This document shows positions 35,142-43,011 of a DNA stretch of 44,060 nucleotides, in pieces. Source of the DNA: a virus. Taxonomy: Duplodnaviria; Caudoviricetes. The notes beneath the pieces are model-generated. The model was not told where the DNA came from and did not search any database. It saw only the letters and a program-made list of their open reading frames with translations. Position 1 is the stretch's first letter. Every line of letters starts with the position of its first letter. The stretch covers positions 1-44,060 of IMG/VR virus record IMGVR_UViG_3300048848_000241. One strand, given 5' to 3'. The position numbers were made by a program, and so were the translations under genes.

Positions 35142-35254
35142 CGCGGTATCAAAGAGCCCGCCGCTTCGCCCTGTGGCGCGGGAGCTTCCTGACCCTCTCC
35201 CTCTGCACTGCCTGGCTCTTGCTCAGCGCATACGCGAACTGCATCACCTCCTGA
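35138..35254 (+). CDS. 38-aa membrane peptide
   Basis: GTGA-coupled; MTRYQRARRFALWRGSFLTLSLCTAWLLLSAYA.. Confidence 0.5.
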   Translation: MTRYQRARRFALWRGSFLTLSLCTAWLLLSAYANCITS

Positions 35255-35261
35255 GGCACCC

Positions 35262-35408
35262 ATGACCACATCACCCCGCCTGGCCGCCCAGCTCGACTGG
35301 AGAGCGGTCGGATCGTTCTCGCCTGAGCGGTACCAGGGCGACGATCGCAAAGAGTATGAAGCCGAGGCCGCCCGCATCGAGCGGCAGTGGGAAGCACAAC
35401 CTAGGTAA
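35262..35408 (+). CDS. 48-aa hypothetical protein
   Basis: GAGG RBS; MTTSPRLAAQLDW..EYEAEAARIERQW; immediately before erf. Confidence 0.6.
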   Translation: MTTSPRLAAQLDWRAVGSFSPERYQGDDRKEYEAEAARIERQWEAQPR

Positions 35409-35414
35409 TTCAGC

Positions 35415-36041
35415 ATGAACAAGTCAGAACAGATCAACGAACTGGCCACCGCGCTCTCCAAGGCGCAGGGCGAGCTTGAGAACGCCAGCAAGTCCAGCAA
35501 CAACCCGCATTTCAAGAGTCGGTATGCCGACCTGGCCGAGATCCTTAACACGATTCGCCCGGTGTTCTCGGCGCATGGCCTGGCGGTGACGCAGTGCCCG
35601 AGCTTTGAGGGCGGCGTGGCCAGCGTTGAGACCGTTCTGATGCACAGCTCTGGCCAGTGGATCAGCAGCATCATCTCGGCGCCATGCAGCAAGCAGGATG
35701 CGCAGGGGGTAGGTTCAGCCATTACCTACTGCCGTCGATATGCCCTGGCTGCGGTCGCTGGCATCGCTCAGGAGGATGACGACGCTAATAGCGCAGTTGG
35801 CTATGCGCCGCACCAGCAGCAGGCCAGCAGGCCGCCACAACAGCAGCGCCAGCCCGTACAGGCGCCCAGGGTATCGGCAGAGCAGATTGACAGGCTGCGC
35901 GGGGCTCTCACTGTGGCGGGCCTCGATGAGGCTTCGTGGTGCGAAGGCGCTCACCTGCCGTCGCTTGATCTACTGCCCGCAGCGAAGTTCTCCGGGGCCC
36001 TGGAGAACATCCAGAAGCAGGCGCACGCGGAGGTAGCATGA
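35415..36041 (+). CDS. erf: ERF-family ssDNA annealing protein
   Basis: KSSNNPHFKSRYADL..HSSGQW..QGVGSAITYCRRYAL..EDDDAN. Confidence 0.92.
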   Translation: MNKSEQINELATALSKAQGELENASKSSNNPHFKSRYADLAEILNTIRPVFSAHGLAVTQCPSFEGGVASVETVLMHSSGQWISSIISAPCSKQDAQGVGSAITYCRRYALAAVAGIAQEDDDANSAVGYAPHQQQASRPPQQQRQPVQAPRVSAEQIDRLRGALTVAGLDEASWCEGAHLPSLDLLPAAKFSGALENIQKQAHAEVA

Positions 36042-36589
36042 TCGATAACCAAATCCGCGCCGGCGCCGAGCGTCAGGTGCAGCTGGAGGCAGCGCAAGCT
36101 GCCTTCCTTCAATCTGGCGGGCGAATCATCGTGCTCGAGAGTTTCGAGTACGTCCCGTACCGCGCGCACCGGGATCTCGAGGCCGTCAAGGCTCCCCGCG
36201 AACCAGTTGCCCCCTCGCGCATCTCGCTCCGCCTGAAGCGCATCGCTGAGGCTCGGAAGATGGCCGAGACCATGACCTATGCCCAGGCCATGGAGGCGTC
36301 AGGCCTGAGCCGCTCAGTGCTGGACAAGCTCGCGCAGGAGGGCGGCTTTACCTTCAGGCGCGACTCAACGAAAGGCCGCGCCTGCCCCGGTAACGGCAAG
36401 ATAGACCCGGTAGCGGACAAGAAGCTGGCCGAGCGGATCATCGCCATTCGCGACATCGGCGTGAACCGCGCCCAGGCCCAGCTGCACCTGAAGATCTCGG
36501 ACAAGAAGTTCAACCGGGTGCTGCGAGATCATGGCATCGACTACCCCAAGGCCAAGCCGAGCTATAGCCACGGCAAGGGGCGTCCATGA
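36038..36589 (+). CDS. Hypothetical basic, probably DNA-binding protein
   Basis: AFLQSGGRI N-terminus, two HTH-like segments. Confidence 0.7.
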   Translation: MIDNQIRAGAERQVQLEAAQAAFLQSGGRIIVLESFEYVPYRAHRDLEAVKAPREPVAPSRISLRLKRIAEARKMAETMTYAQAMEASGLSRSVLDKLAQEGGFTFRRDSTKGRACPGNGKIDPVADKKLAERIIAIRDIGVNRAQAQLHLKISDKKFNRVLRDHGIDYPKAKPSYSHGKGRP

Positions 36590-37047
36590 GCAAGGTCCGC
36601 AAGCCTCACAACCTCAAGGCCCGCATGGAGCGCGCAGCCCGCGCCCTGCTCAAGACCAATCACGCCGCCGTCGCTTGCATCGAGCCGGGCAACCAGCAGG
36701 TGATGATCAGCTGGAAGCACTGCCGCCAGATCCGCAGTATCCCGGTCGCCAATGCCCTCTGCGACATCGCCCATCGCTGGACGGTGTACATCAGCGTGTT
36801 CTGCCAGATGCCGGACGGCACGCAGTACAGCAAGTCGACCGAGTTCAGCACGGTCGGCATGCACCTGGTGGCCAGCCTGGACGACACGATGGAAGCCCGG
36901 CATGCCGAACTGGTCGCCCAGGCCAACCCGAATCACACCATAGGCTCGGGCTGGATCGCCATTCCCGACGAAGTTTCGCTGGATGAGGCGCAGGCCAACC
37001 GCGTATTCAAAGCCATGGGCGCCTGGCCGGACAAGAAAGCAGCATGA
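36586..37047 (+). CDS. Hypothetical phage protein
   Basis: Coupled ORF, 153 aa. Confidence 0.7.
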   Translation: MSKVRKPHNLKARMERAARALLKTNHAAVACIEPGNQQVMISWKHCRQIRSIPVANALCDIAHRWTVYISVFCQMPDGTQYSKSTEFSTVGMHLVASLDDTMEARHAELVAQANPNHTIGSGWIAIPDEVSLDEAQANRVFKAMGAWPDKKAA

Positions 37048-37116
37048 AGCGAACCATCAAGTCCCAGGCACGCCGCCGGGCAGCACAATTCCACCTACCA
37101 GCGAGCGGTATTCAGC

Positions 37117-37533
37117 ATGACTCCACTCTGGCGTTACCTCACCCAACCGGCCGGCATGACAGCGCAGGCGCTGGCCGAAGCCACCGGCATGACCATCCAT
37201 GCAGTGCGCGCTGACCTGGTCGAGCTCGAAGCACAGGGCAAGGCTAGCCGGGTGCGCGGGCCGGTCGGCACCCCGCATCGCTGGTGGCGCGCCGAGAAAC
37301 GACCGCTCGACGGCCTCGATGTGCTGCTGATCATGGCTCTGGCTGCCGAGATTCACCCCTCTGCGGGCAAGCTGAAGGAAGTTCTCGCCAGCGCGGGCAG
37401 CCGGGCCAAGCACTCCGGCCTGAAGAAGATCGTCGCAATGTGCGCCGTGTCCAAGGCACCGCACCAGGTTGTCAGGCTGGCGGTTCAGGAGTACGACGCC
37501 GAGGCATTCGCTGAAGCGCAGAGGGCCGCGTGA
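37117..37533 (+). CDS. wHTH-containing hypothetical protein
   Basis: TAQALAEATGMTIHAVRADLVELEAQGK. Confidence 0.65.
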   Translation: MTPLWRYLTQPAGMTAQALAEATGMTIHAVRADLVELEAQGKASRVRGPVGTPHRWWRAEKRPLDGLDVLLIMALAAEIHPSAGKLKEVLASAGSRAKHSGLKKIVAMCAVSKAPHQVVRLAVQEYDAEAFAEAQRAA

Positions 37534-37844
37534 TGGCCGCGAACACTCAGGCTCGGTCGGAGAAGACCGCCAAGAAGCGGCGCGACGGCGACGAAACCGA
37601 ATTGCGCATGTGGGCCAAGCCCGCCACGCGCCAGGTGCTGGCCGAGCTGATGGAGTGGCACGGCATCACCGAGCAGGCCGAGGCGATAACGCTGTTCCTG
37701 CACCACCTGCACGCGCTCGGGCCGGAAGGCTCCCGCCAGTTCCTTACCCCGCCGCGCCACGAAATCACGGTATCGCCAATCGTGGCGCGCAAGCTTGAGC
37801 TGGCCTACCAGCGCGAAGCCCTGCGCATCTGCCGCGACGACTAA
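37530..37844 (+). CDS. Hypothetical basic protein
   Basis: GTGA-coupled; contains inverted repeat copy D. Confidence 0.7.
   Translation: MMAANTQARSEKTAKKRRDGDETELRMWAKPATRQVLAELMEWHGITEQAEAITLFLHHLHALGPEGSRQFLTPPRHEITVSPIVARKLELAYQREALRICRDD
37753..37789. repeat. CGCGCCAC-N21-GTGGCGCG inverted repeat, copy D
   Basis: Read directly; encodes PRHEITVSPIVAR. Confidence 0.85.
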
Positions 37845-37903
37845 CCCCTACTTCAAGATGCCGCATCCGGCCACGGAGGGCGGCGCATGCCCAGGAGATC
37901 GAC

Positions 37904-38485
37904 ATGAACGTCGAAACCTCAACAGTAACCAAGGTTGTCATCAGCGACGTACCGCGTCTGGACCCGGTCACGGTGTTCCTTGAGGACTTCGGCAGACGGG
38001 ATTGCCCTACCGACCAAGACCCGAAATACCAGACCGCCCAGGGCAAGATAACCATCAGCTGCTGGGACAAGAGCTGGAATGCGTACTGGGGCGGCATGGG
38101 TCCGCGCACGGTGGCCGAGTTCGTCACCAGCTGCAACGCCTGCTATGTCCTCAATTGCCTGGATCGTGGCATCAGCCCTACGAGGTTCAGCGGTTCAGCC
38201 CTAGAGGCTCTGGCCAAAAGGACCGTGATCAAGGCGCGCCGCGATCTTTCCATGGATGCGGATGATGCGCGACGCCTGTACGAGGCGTCGGACGACTTCA
38301 CAGGGCTGGAGGTTCCGGCCGAGACCTGGCATCACAACGATCTGCTCACAGAGATCTTTGGTGATGAGTGGTGGCACACCCTCCAGGATGAGGCCGTCGA
38401 GGAAAACCACGAATACACCTACCTGCTTCGAATTGTCGAGGCAGTTCAGCAAGCTCTGGCGCAGCCAATCGCAGCAGCAGCCTGA
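37904..38485 (+). CDS. Hypothetical phage protein
   Basis: AGGAG RBS; LDPVTVFLED..SWNAYWGGMG. Confidence 0.75.
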   Translation: MNVETSTVTKVVISDVPRLDPVTVFLEDFGRRDCPTDQDPKYQTAQGKITISCWDKSWNAYWGGMGPRTVAEFVTSCNACYVLNCLDRGISPTRFSGSALEALAKRTVIKARRDLSMDADDARRLYEASDDFTGLEVPAETWHHNDLLTEIFGDEWWHTLQDEAVEENHEYTYLLRIVEAVQQALAQPIAAAA

Positions 38486-38550
38486 CCCTCCCGCGCTGCC
38501 CGCCAGCGCCTCCCCTCTACAACGAATCACGCCACCCCGGCGAGGAAGAC

Positions 38551-39474
38551 ATGACAACAGCAATCGACCTGTTCGCCGGCCTCGGCGGATGGAGCACTGG
38601 TGCGCGCGCCGCAGGCGTCCAGGTACTCTGGGCTGCCAACCACTGGCCCGTGGCCGTTGAATGGCACAGCGCCAACCACCCTGACGCCCAGCATGTGTGC
38701 CAGGACCTGCACCAGGCGCGCTGGGAGCAGGTTCCGGCCCACGACCTGCTGCTGGCCTCGCCATGCTGCCAGGGCCACTCGAAGGCTCGCGGCAAAGCAT
38801 CGGGCAACCCGCAGCACGATTCGTCGCGGTCGACGGCCTGGGCGGTCGTGTCGGCCCTAGAGTTTCACCGGCCATCGGCCGCGCTGGTCGAGAACGTGCC
38901 CGAGTTCACCGACTGGGCGCTGTATCCGGCCTGGCTGGCCGCGGTGCAGGCGCTGGGCTACCAGGTCGCGCCGCATGTGGTGGACTGCGCCGACCTCGGC
39001 GTGCCGCAGCACCGGGTTCGGCTGTTCCTGGTGATAACCCGCAGCCGGGCGCCGCTGATGCTCAACCTGCAGCAGCGCCAGCACGTACCGGCCGCCAGCT
39101 TCCTCGACTTCGACGCCGGGCGCTGGTCGCAGATCGAGAAGCCAGGCCGCGCCCAAGCCACCCTCGACCGCGTGCGCAATGGCCGGGCCCGCTTCGGCGA
39201 GCGGTTCATCATGCCCTACTACGGCAAGGGCTCGGGGCTCACCGGGCGCGACATGAGCCGGCCGATCGGCACCATCACCACCCTGGATCGCTGGGCCCTG
39301 GTCGACGGCGACCGCATGCGCATGCTCAGCGCCAGCGAGGCCTTGGCCGCCCAGAGCTTCCCCGCCGACACGCTGCGCCCGGACAACCACCGGCTGACCA
39401 TGCATATGGCGGGCAATGCGGTGCCGCCCCTAGCTGGCCAGCGAGTCATCGAAGCGCTGATGGAGGCTGCATGA
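38551..39474 (+). CDS. DNA cytosine-5 methyltransferase (orphan)
   Basis: DLFAGLGG, SPCCQ, ENV, PQHRVR and GNAV motifs. Confidence 0.93.
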   Translation: MTTAIDLFAGLGGWSTGARAAGVQVLWAANHWPVAVEWHSANHPDAQHVCQDLHQARWEQVPAHDLLLASPCCQGHSKARGKASGNPQHDSSRSTAWAVVSALEFHRPSAALVENVPEFTDWALYPAWLAAVQALGYQVAPHVVDCADLGVPQHRVRLFLVITRSRAPLMLNLQQRQHVPAASFLDFDAGRWSQIEKPGRAQATLDRVRNGRARFGERFIMPYYGKGSGLTGRDMSRPIGTITTLDRWALVDGDRMRMLSASEALAAQSFPADTLRPDNHRLTMHMAGNAVPPLAGQRVIEALMEAA

Positions 39475-39638
39475 GGCCGCTCTACCGAACCACCCAGACC
39501 CGGCGCCCAGGCGCGCCGATGCCTTTCCTCGAATATTCGCCGATCTGCGATGAGTGCAATCGGGCGAGATCCCAAGGCAACCACCGGGCCTGCTCGAAGA
39601 AGCGACAGGCAAGGTACCAATCGGAGAATCGAGCATGA
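39471..39638 (+). CDS. 55-aa Cys/His small protein
   Basis: ICDECNRARSQGNHRACSKKRQ; ATGA-coupled. Confidence 0.6.
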   Translation: MRPLYRTTQTRRPGAPMPFLEYSPICDECNRARSQGNHRACSKKRQARYQSENRA

Positions 39639-40432
39639 GCGATAACCAGATGGTCAGCGAGATACTGCCCTGCCCCTACTGCGGCCAGCAGGCCTTTCTC
39701 ATCGAGCGCTTAGACAGCGATGCCTCAGTGGTGATCTGCCAAGGCCTGACTGGGCCGCATGAGGCTTGCCTGGCCCGTGGCCCAGTTGGCGTGGCCCAGG
39801 ATGAGGGTGAAGAGCAGCCAGGCCGCGACAAGGCCATCGAGCTGTGGAATGCGAGAGCCGAGCAGAACCACGGAGAGCCGGTGGCAAGTTCGGTATTCAA
39901 CGATCCGCTTTACAACGCCGAGTCCGATGCCAGAAACGCTTCTGCTCTGCTCGAAGAAGCTCTTGAGTGGTTCGATGATGGTTGCGGCCGAAGCCCAGAG
40001 GAATTTAAGTTGCTGCGCAAGATCGGTGACTGGCTAGGAAGAAGCGTTTCAAGGATTGATCGTGGAGGTGACGAGTGCGCTCACAGCTACGCCAACAAGG
40101 ACGGATGCCCGGAGTGTGGTGAAGCTTTTGCCGGCGCAGAGCCGAGCGCGCCAGAGTGCAAGTATTGCGGCGACACTGGGAAAATCATGGTTGGCCGCAG
40201 CGGTGACGCCAACGATGGCAACGCGCCTATCCTGGAGTCGTGCGAGGATTGCGACCGTGGCGCGCCGGTTGAACGCGATGAGCTGGCGGCATATGACGCG
40301 CTGCGGTCATTTGTCGGCGCCGCATATCCAGTTTCCAGCAGTGTCAATGAGCGTGGCCACAACTGGTCAGAAGCATACCTAGACGAGGCTCTTTTACTGG
40401 CCCGCGCCGCCCTGGAGCGCAAGCCCTCCTGA
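39635..40432 (+). CDS. Lar-family (restriction alleviation) domain mosaic protein
   Basis: LPCPYCG..AIELWNARA N-terminal domain plus extra CxxC modules. Confidence 0.7.
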   Translation: MSDNQMVSEILPCPYCGQQAFLIERLDSDASVVICQGLTGPHEACLARGPVGVAQDEGEEQPGRDKAIELWNARAEQNHGEPVASSVFNDPLYNAESDARNASALLEEALEWFDDGCGRSPEEFKLLRKIGDWLGRSVSRIDRGGDECAHSYANKDGCPECGEAFAGAEPSAPECKYCGDTGKIMVGRSGDANDGNAPILESCEDCDRGAPVERDELAAYDALRSFVGAAYPVSSSVNERGHNWSEAYLDEALLLARAALERKPS

Positions 40433-40516
40433 CCTTAGGAGTACAGATGTACTCCACCCAGCTGTAACCCCTCTCCCCTCTATTCACTGCCGCGATATGG
40501 CGGCCAAGGAATCCGT

Positions 40517-41047
40517 ATGCCCAGCGCACAAACGGCGGCACGGTGGTGCCCGGACGAATGCCCGATCACAGGCCGCAAGTTCTTCATGTGGATCGAGCAC
40601 CCAGATGGCGGGATGGTGCCGACCTATGGCGGTCCTTTCGACAGCTACACGATCCCGACCCGCGACGGCGACGAGGGCTTCTGCTGCGAGCGGTACGACC
40701 ACGATTACGGTGGTTGGCGCGACGATGAAATGGTGGGCCTTAAGCTGATCGACGACCAAAGCGACGAATGCGAGCACGGCCAAGTCGCCGAGCTGCAGGC
40801 TGAACTGGCGGCCCGGGATGAATTGATCGATCAACTGCGCAGCGGCTACGTCTTCGAGACTGGACCTTACGAAGTGGAGCTTAGCGAAGCCCAGTGGTCC
40901 GCCGCACTGGGCGTCTTCGAGAACTACAACATGGGCGATGACAAGCACTTCGTCTTCCTGGAAGAGCAAGGGCGCGGGGTGATCAGCGAAATCCTGATCG
41001 AGATCGGCGTCGCCCGGGCACCAGATGCTGATGAGGTGAGCGAATGA
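40517..41047 (+). CDS. Hypothetical acidic protein
   Basis: AAGGA RBS; CPITGRKFFMWIEHP..VPTYGGPFDSYTIP. Confidence 0.7.
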   Translation: MPSAQTAARWCPDECPITGRKFFMWIEHPDGGMVPTYGGPFDSYTIPTRDGDEGFCCERYDHDYGGWRDDEMVGLKLIDDQSDECEHGQVAELQAELAARDELIDQLRSGYVFETGPYEVELSEAQWSAALGVFENYNMGDDKHFVFLEEQGRGVISEILIEIGVARAPDADEVSE

Positions 41048-41400
41048 CCCGCCTCGCCCTCTGCCTCCTGCTGCTGGCCACCCTCGCCGGATGCCAGAAA
41101 GAGGCTGAATCGACCACCCGCGCCGGCTCCGACTTCAAGGTCGACCGGCTGTTCACCGTCGACGGCTGCACCGTGTACCGGTTCCACGACGGCGGCCGGG
41201 CGCGTTACTTCACCAACTGCGCCGGATCGACCCAGTGGGAAGAGACCTGCGGCAAGAACTGCTCTCAGCAAAGCGGCGTGCCAGGCAGAAATCACCAGGC
41301 CGGCAACGAGCACCAGCTCTCCCCGCACGAAACCCAAGACAACGGACCTACACCCGCACTGGCGCCTGGCCGGTGGATTGATGAGAGGTATGAGCAGTGA
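41044..41400 (+). CDS. Lipoprotein (DUF4884-like)
   Basis: LAGC lipobox; LFTVDGCTVYRFHDGG. Confidence 0.75.
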   Translation: MTRLALCLLLLATLAGCQKEAESTTRAGSDFKVDRLFTVDGCTVYRFHDGGRARYFTNCAGSTQWEETCGKNCSQQSGVPGRNHQAGNEHQLSPHETQDNGPTPALAPGRWIDERYEQ

Positions 41401-41678
41401 AGATCGGAAAGCTTTTTCTTGGAGTGAGCTGGTGCTACGGCGGCAAGGAAGAGGCTGTAGTCGCCAGTTGGGCGCTGCGGTGCGGTTACTGGCGCTGGGC
41501 AGTCTGGTGGCGGAAGCCCAAGAAAGTTCTGTGCCTTCCAGCCTTCGGACCATCCATGGCGGCAGGTACCAGGTACTTCGTTGGCCATGGCCACTTTGGC
41601 GCCTGGGCGCGGCTTCCGCTGATCGGCTCGTTTTCCATCTCAACCCAACCGCCCTATCCGGCGCAGGTGGCGCCATGA
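41397..41678 (+). CDS. Hypothetical Trp-rich protein
   Basis: GTGA-coupled, 93 aa. Confidence 0.55.
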   Translation: MKIGKLFLGVSWCYGGKEEAVVASWALRCGYWRWAVWWRKPKKVLCLPAFGPSMAAGTRYFVGHGHFGAWARLPLIGSFSISTQPPYPAQVAP

Positions 41679-41776
41679 CCGACCTCATCGAAGCAAAGAC
41701 CTGCACCTGCCCATCCGGCGACGGCTCCCTGCGCTGGCCGTGCCCGGTTCATCCGCCTACGGAGAAGCAGCCATGA
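41675..41776 (+). CDS. 33-aa peptide with CTCPSGDGSLRWPCPVHP motif
   Basis: ATGA-coupled on both sides. Confidence 0.5.
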   Translation: MTDLIEAKTCTCPSGDGSLRWPCPVHPPTEKQP

Positions 41777-41826
41777 TCCTGCCCCTGATGTACATGGGCT
41801 ACCTGACCTACAGGGGGCCGCGATGA
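41773..41826 (+). CDS. 17-aa hydrophobic micropeptide MILPLMYMGYLTYRGPR
   Basis: GGAG RBS, ATGA overlaps at both ends. Confidence 0.45.
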   Translation: MILPLMYMGYLTYRGPR

Positions 41827-42104
41827 GTGAGCCATCTTTCCCAGATGCACGCCGGAAAGTCGTCGGCGAGACCTGGATACAGGTCGACAAGGTGGTGAAA
41901 GAAACAATCACCAAAAATACCGCCAAGTACGTGATCCATCGCACGCGAACCCGAGCGATCCTTTTGGAGTGCGGCCACTCGCTTGAGGTGACCCGGTTCA
42001 AGAAGGTGCCGACCAACAACACAATTTGCCACGTCTGCGACCTGCCCCGGCTTAACCATCTGATCGACCAGAGCCTTCGGCGCGCCGGGCATCCTCAAGC
42101 CTAA
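41823..42104 (+). CDS. Hypothetical Zn-ribbon protein
   Basis: LECGH..CHVC. Confidence 0.65.
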   Translation: MSEPSFPDARRKVVGETWIQVDKVVKETITKNTAKYVIHRTRTRAILLECGHSLEVTRFKKVPTNNTICHVCDLPRLNHLIDQSLRRAGHPQA

Positions 42105-42158
42105 CCCTCCCCTATTACTCAAGCCCGCCGACATGCGCGGGCATAGAGAGCTATTGCC

Positions 42159-42557
42159 ATGACGAAATACACGCCAGAGCCTTGGGCTGTAGATCCAAAT
42201 GACCAGCGAGAGATAAGCCCGGCCGGTGATATGCGGTTTGGTATTGCCTCGGCCTGCAATGTTGATCCCAGTGAAACGCCTGGAAAGTGGTTCTTCGGCC
42301 CTAAGTCACAAGCCAATGCCCGCCGAATCGTGGCCTGCGTGAACATTTGTGCGGGCATCGACACCGAGGAACTGGAGAGGCACGCCGATTTGGTCAGCGC
42401 ACAGTTGGCGACCGAGTACACGCTACAGGATCAGCGCGACGATCTTCTGGCCGCCGCAAGAGAAGCGCTAGCGGTCATCGAACGGATAAAGCCAGCTGGC
42501 AATGGTAGCGGGACGCAGGTCCGACTTGCCGCAGCCATCGAGAAAGCCACAGCCTGA
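42159..42557 (+). CDS. Hypothetical phage protein
   Basis: YTPEPW..ANARRIVACVN..AAIEKA. Confidence 0.7.
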   Translation: MTKYTPEPWAVDPNDQREISPAGDMRFGIASACNVDPSETPGKWFFGPKSQANARRIVACVNICAGIDTEELERHADLVSAQLATEYTLQDQRDDLLAAAREALAVIERIKPAGNGSGTQVRLAAAIEKATA

Positions 42558-42594
42558 CCACCAACCTGCCGCCACCGGCGGCGTGGAGCACTAC

Positions 42595-43011
42595 ATGGCG
42601 AATGCCACCGCTGCAGTACAGCCTGGCCTTATGCCGAGAATCATCCGGGTCGGTGAAGCGCCCGGTTACCTCGGCATGTGCAAGGAAGAATTCAAGAACA
42701 CCGTCAGGCCCTATGTCCGTGAGTTCCCGATCGGCAAGCAGGGCGTTGGCTTCGACCGCCTGGAGCTGGATGCCTGGATGGATTCCTACATCGAGGCGAT
42801 GGCCGTTGAAAAGGCGAGCAATCAGGACAACAATCGACCCCGCAGCGAGCGCCAGGGGAAGACCACTAAGGAGAACCCATGGCCAAAAAGGCAATCACCG
42901 GCCTCCAGAAAATGCCGAGCGGCATCTGGAAAATCGACAAAGTCTACCGAGGGGAGCGAATTCAAGAGAGCACTGGTACTACTGACCGGCAAGAAGCAGA
43001 GCAATACCTGA
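42595..43011 (+). CDS. Excisionase-like DNA-binding protein
   Basis: PRIIRVGEAPGYLGM..FDRLELDAW; upstream of and overlapping int. Confidence 0.7.
   Translation: MANATAAVQPGLMPRIIRVGEAPGYLGMCKEEFKNTVRPYVREFPIGKQGVGFDRLELDAWMDSYIEAMAVEKASNQDNNRPRSERQGKTTKENPWPKRQSPASRKCRAASGKSTKSTEGSEFKRALVLLTGKKQSNT

Noticed and set aside
38697-39470. 313-aa alternative-frame ORF over the methyltransferase
   Set aside because: Low-complexity Pro/Arg/Gly shadow frame; only its last 55 codons (from ATG 39471) look real
40222-40264. Possible fifth CGCGCC..GTGGCGCG element
   Set aside because: Left arm is imperfect (CGCGCCTA) and spacing is 27 nt, not 20-21
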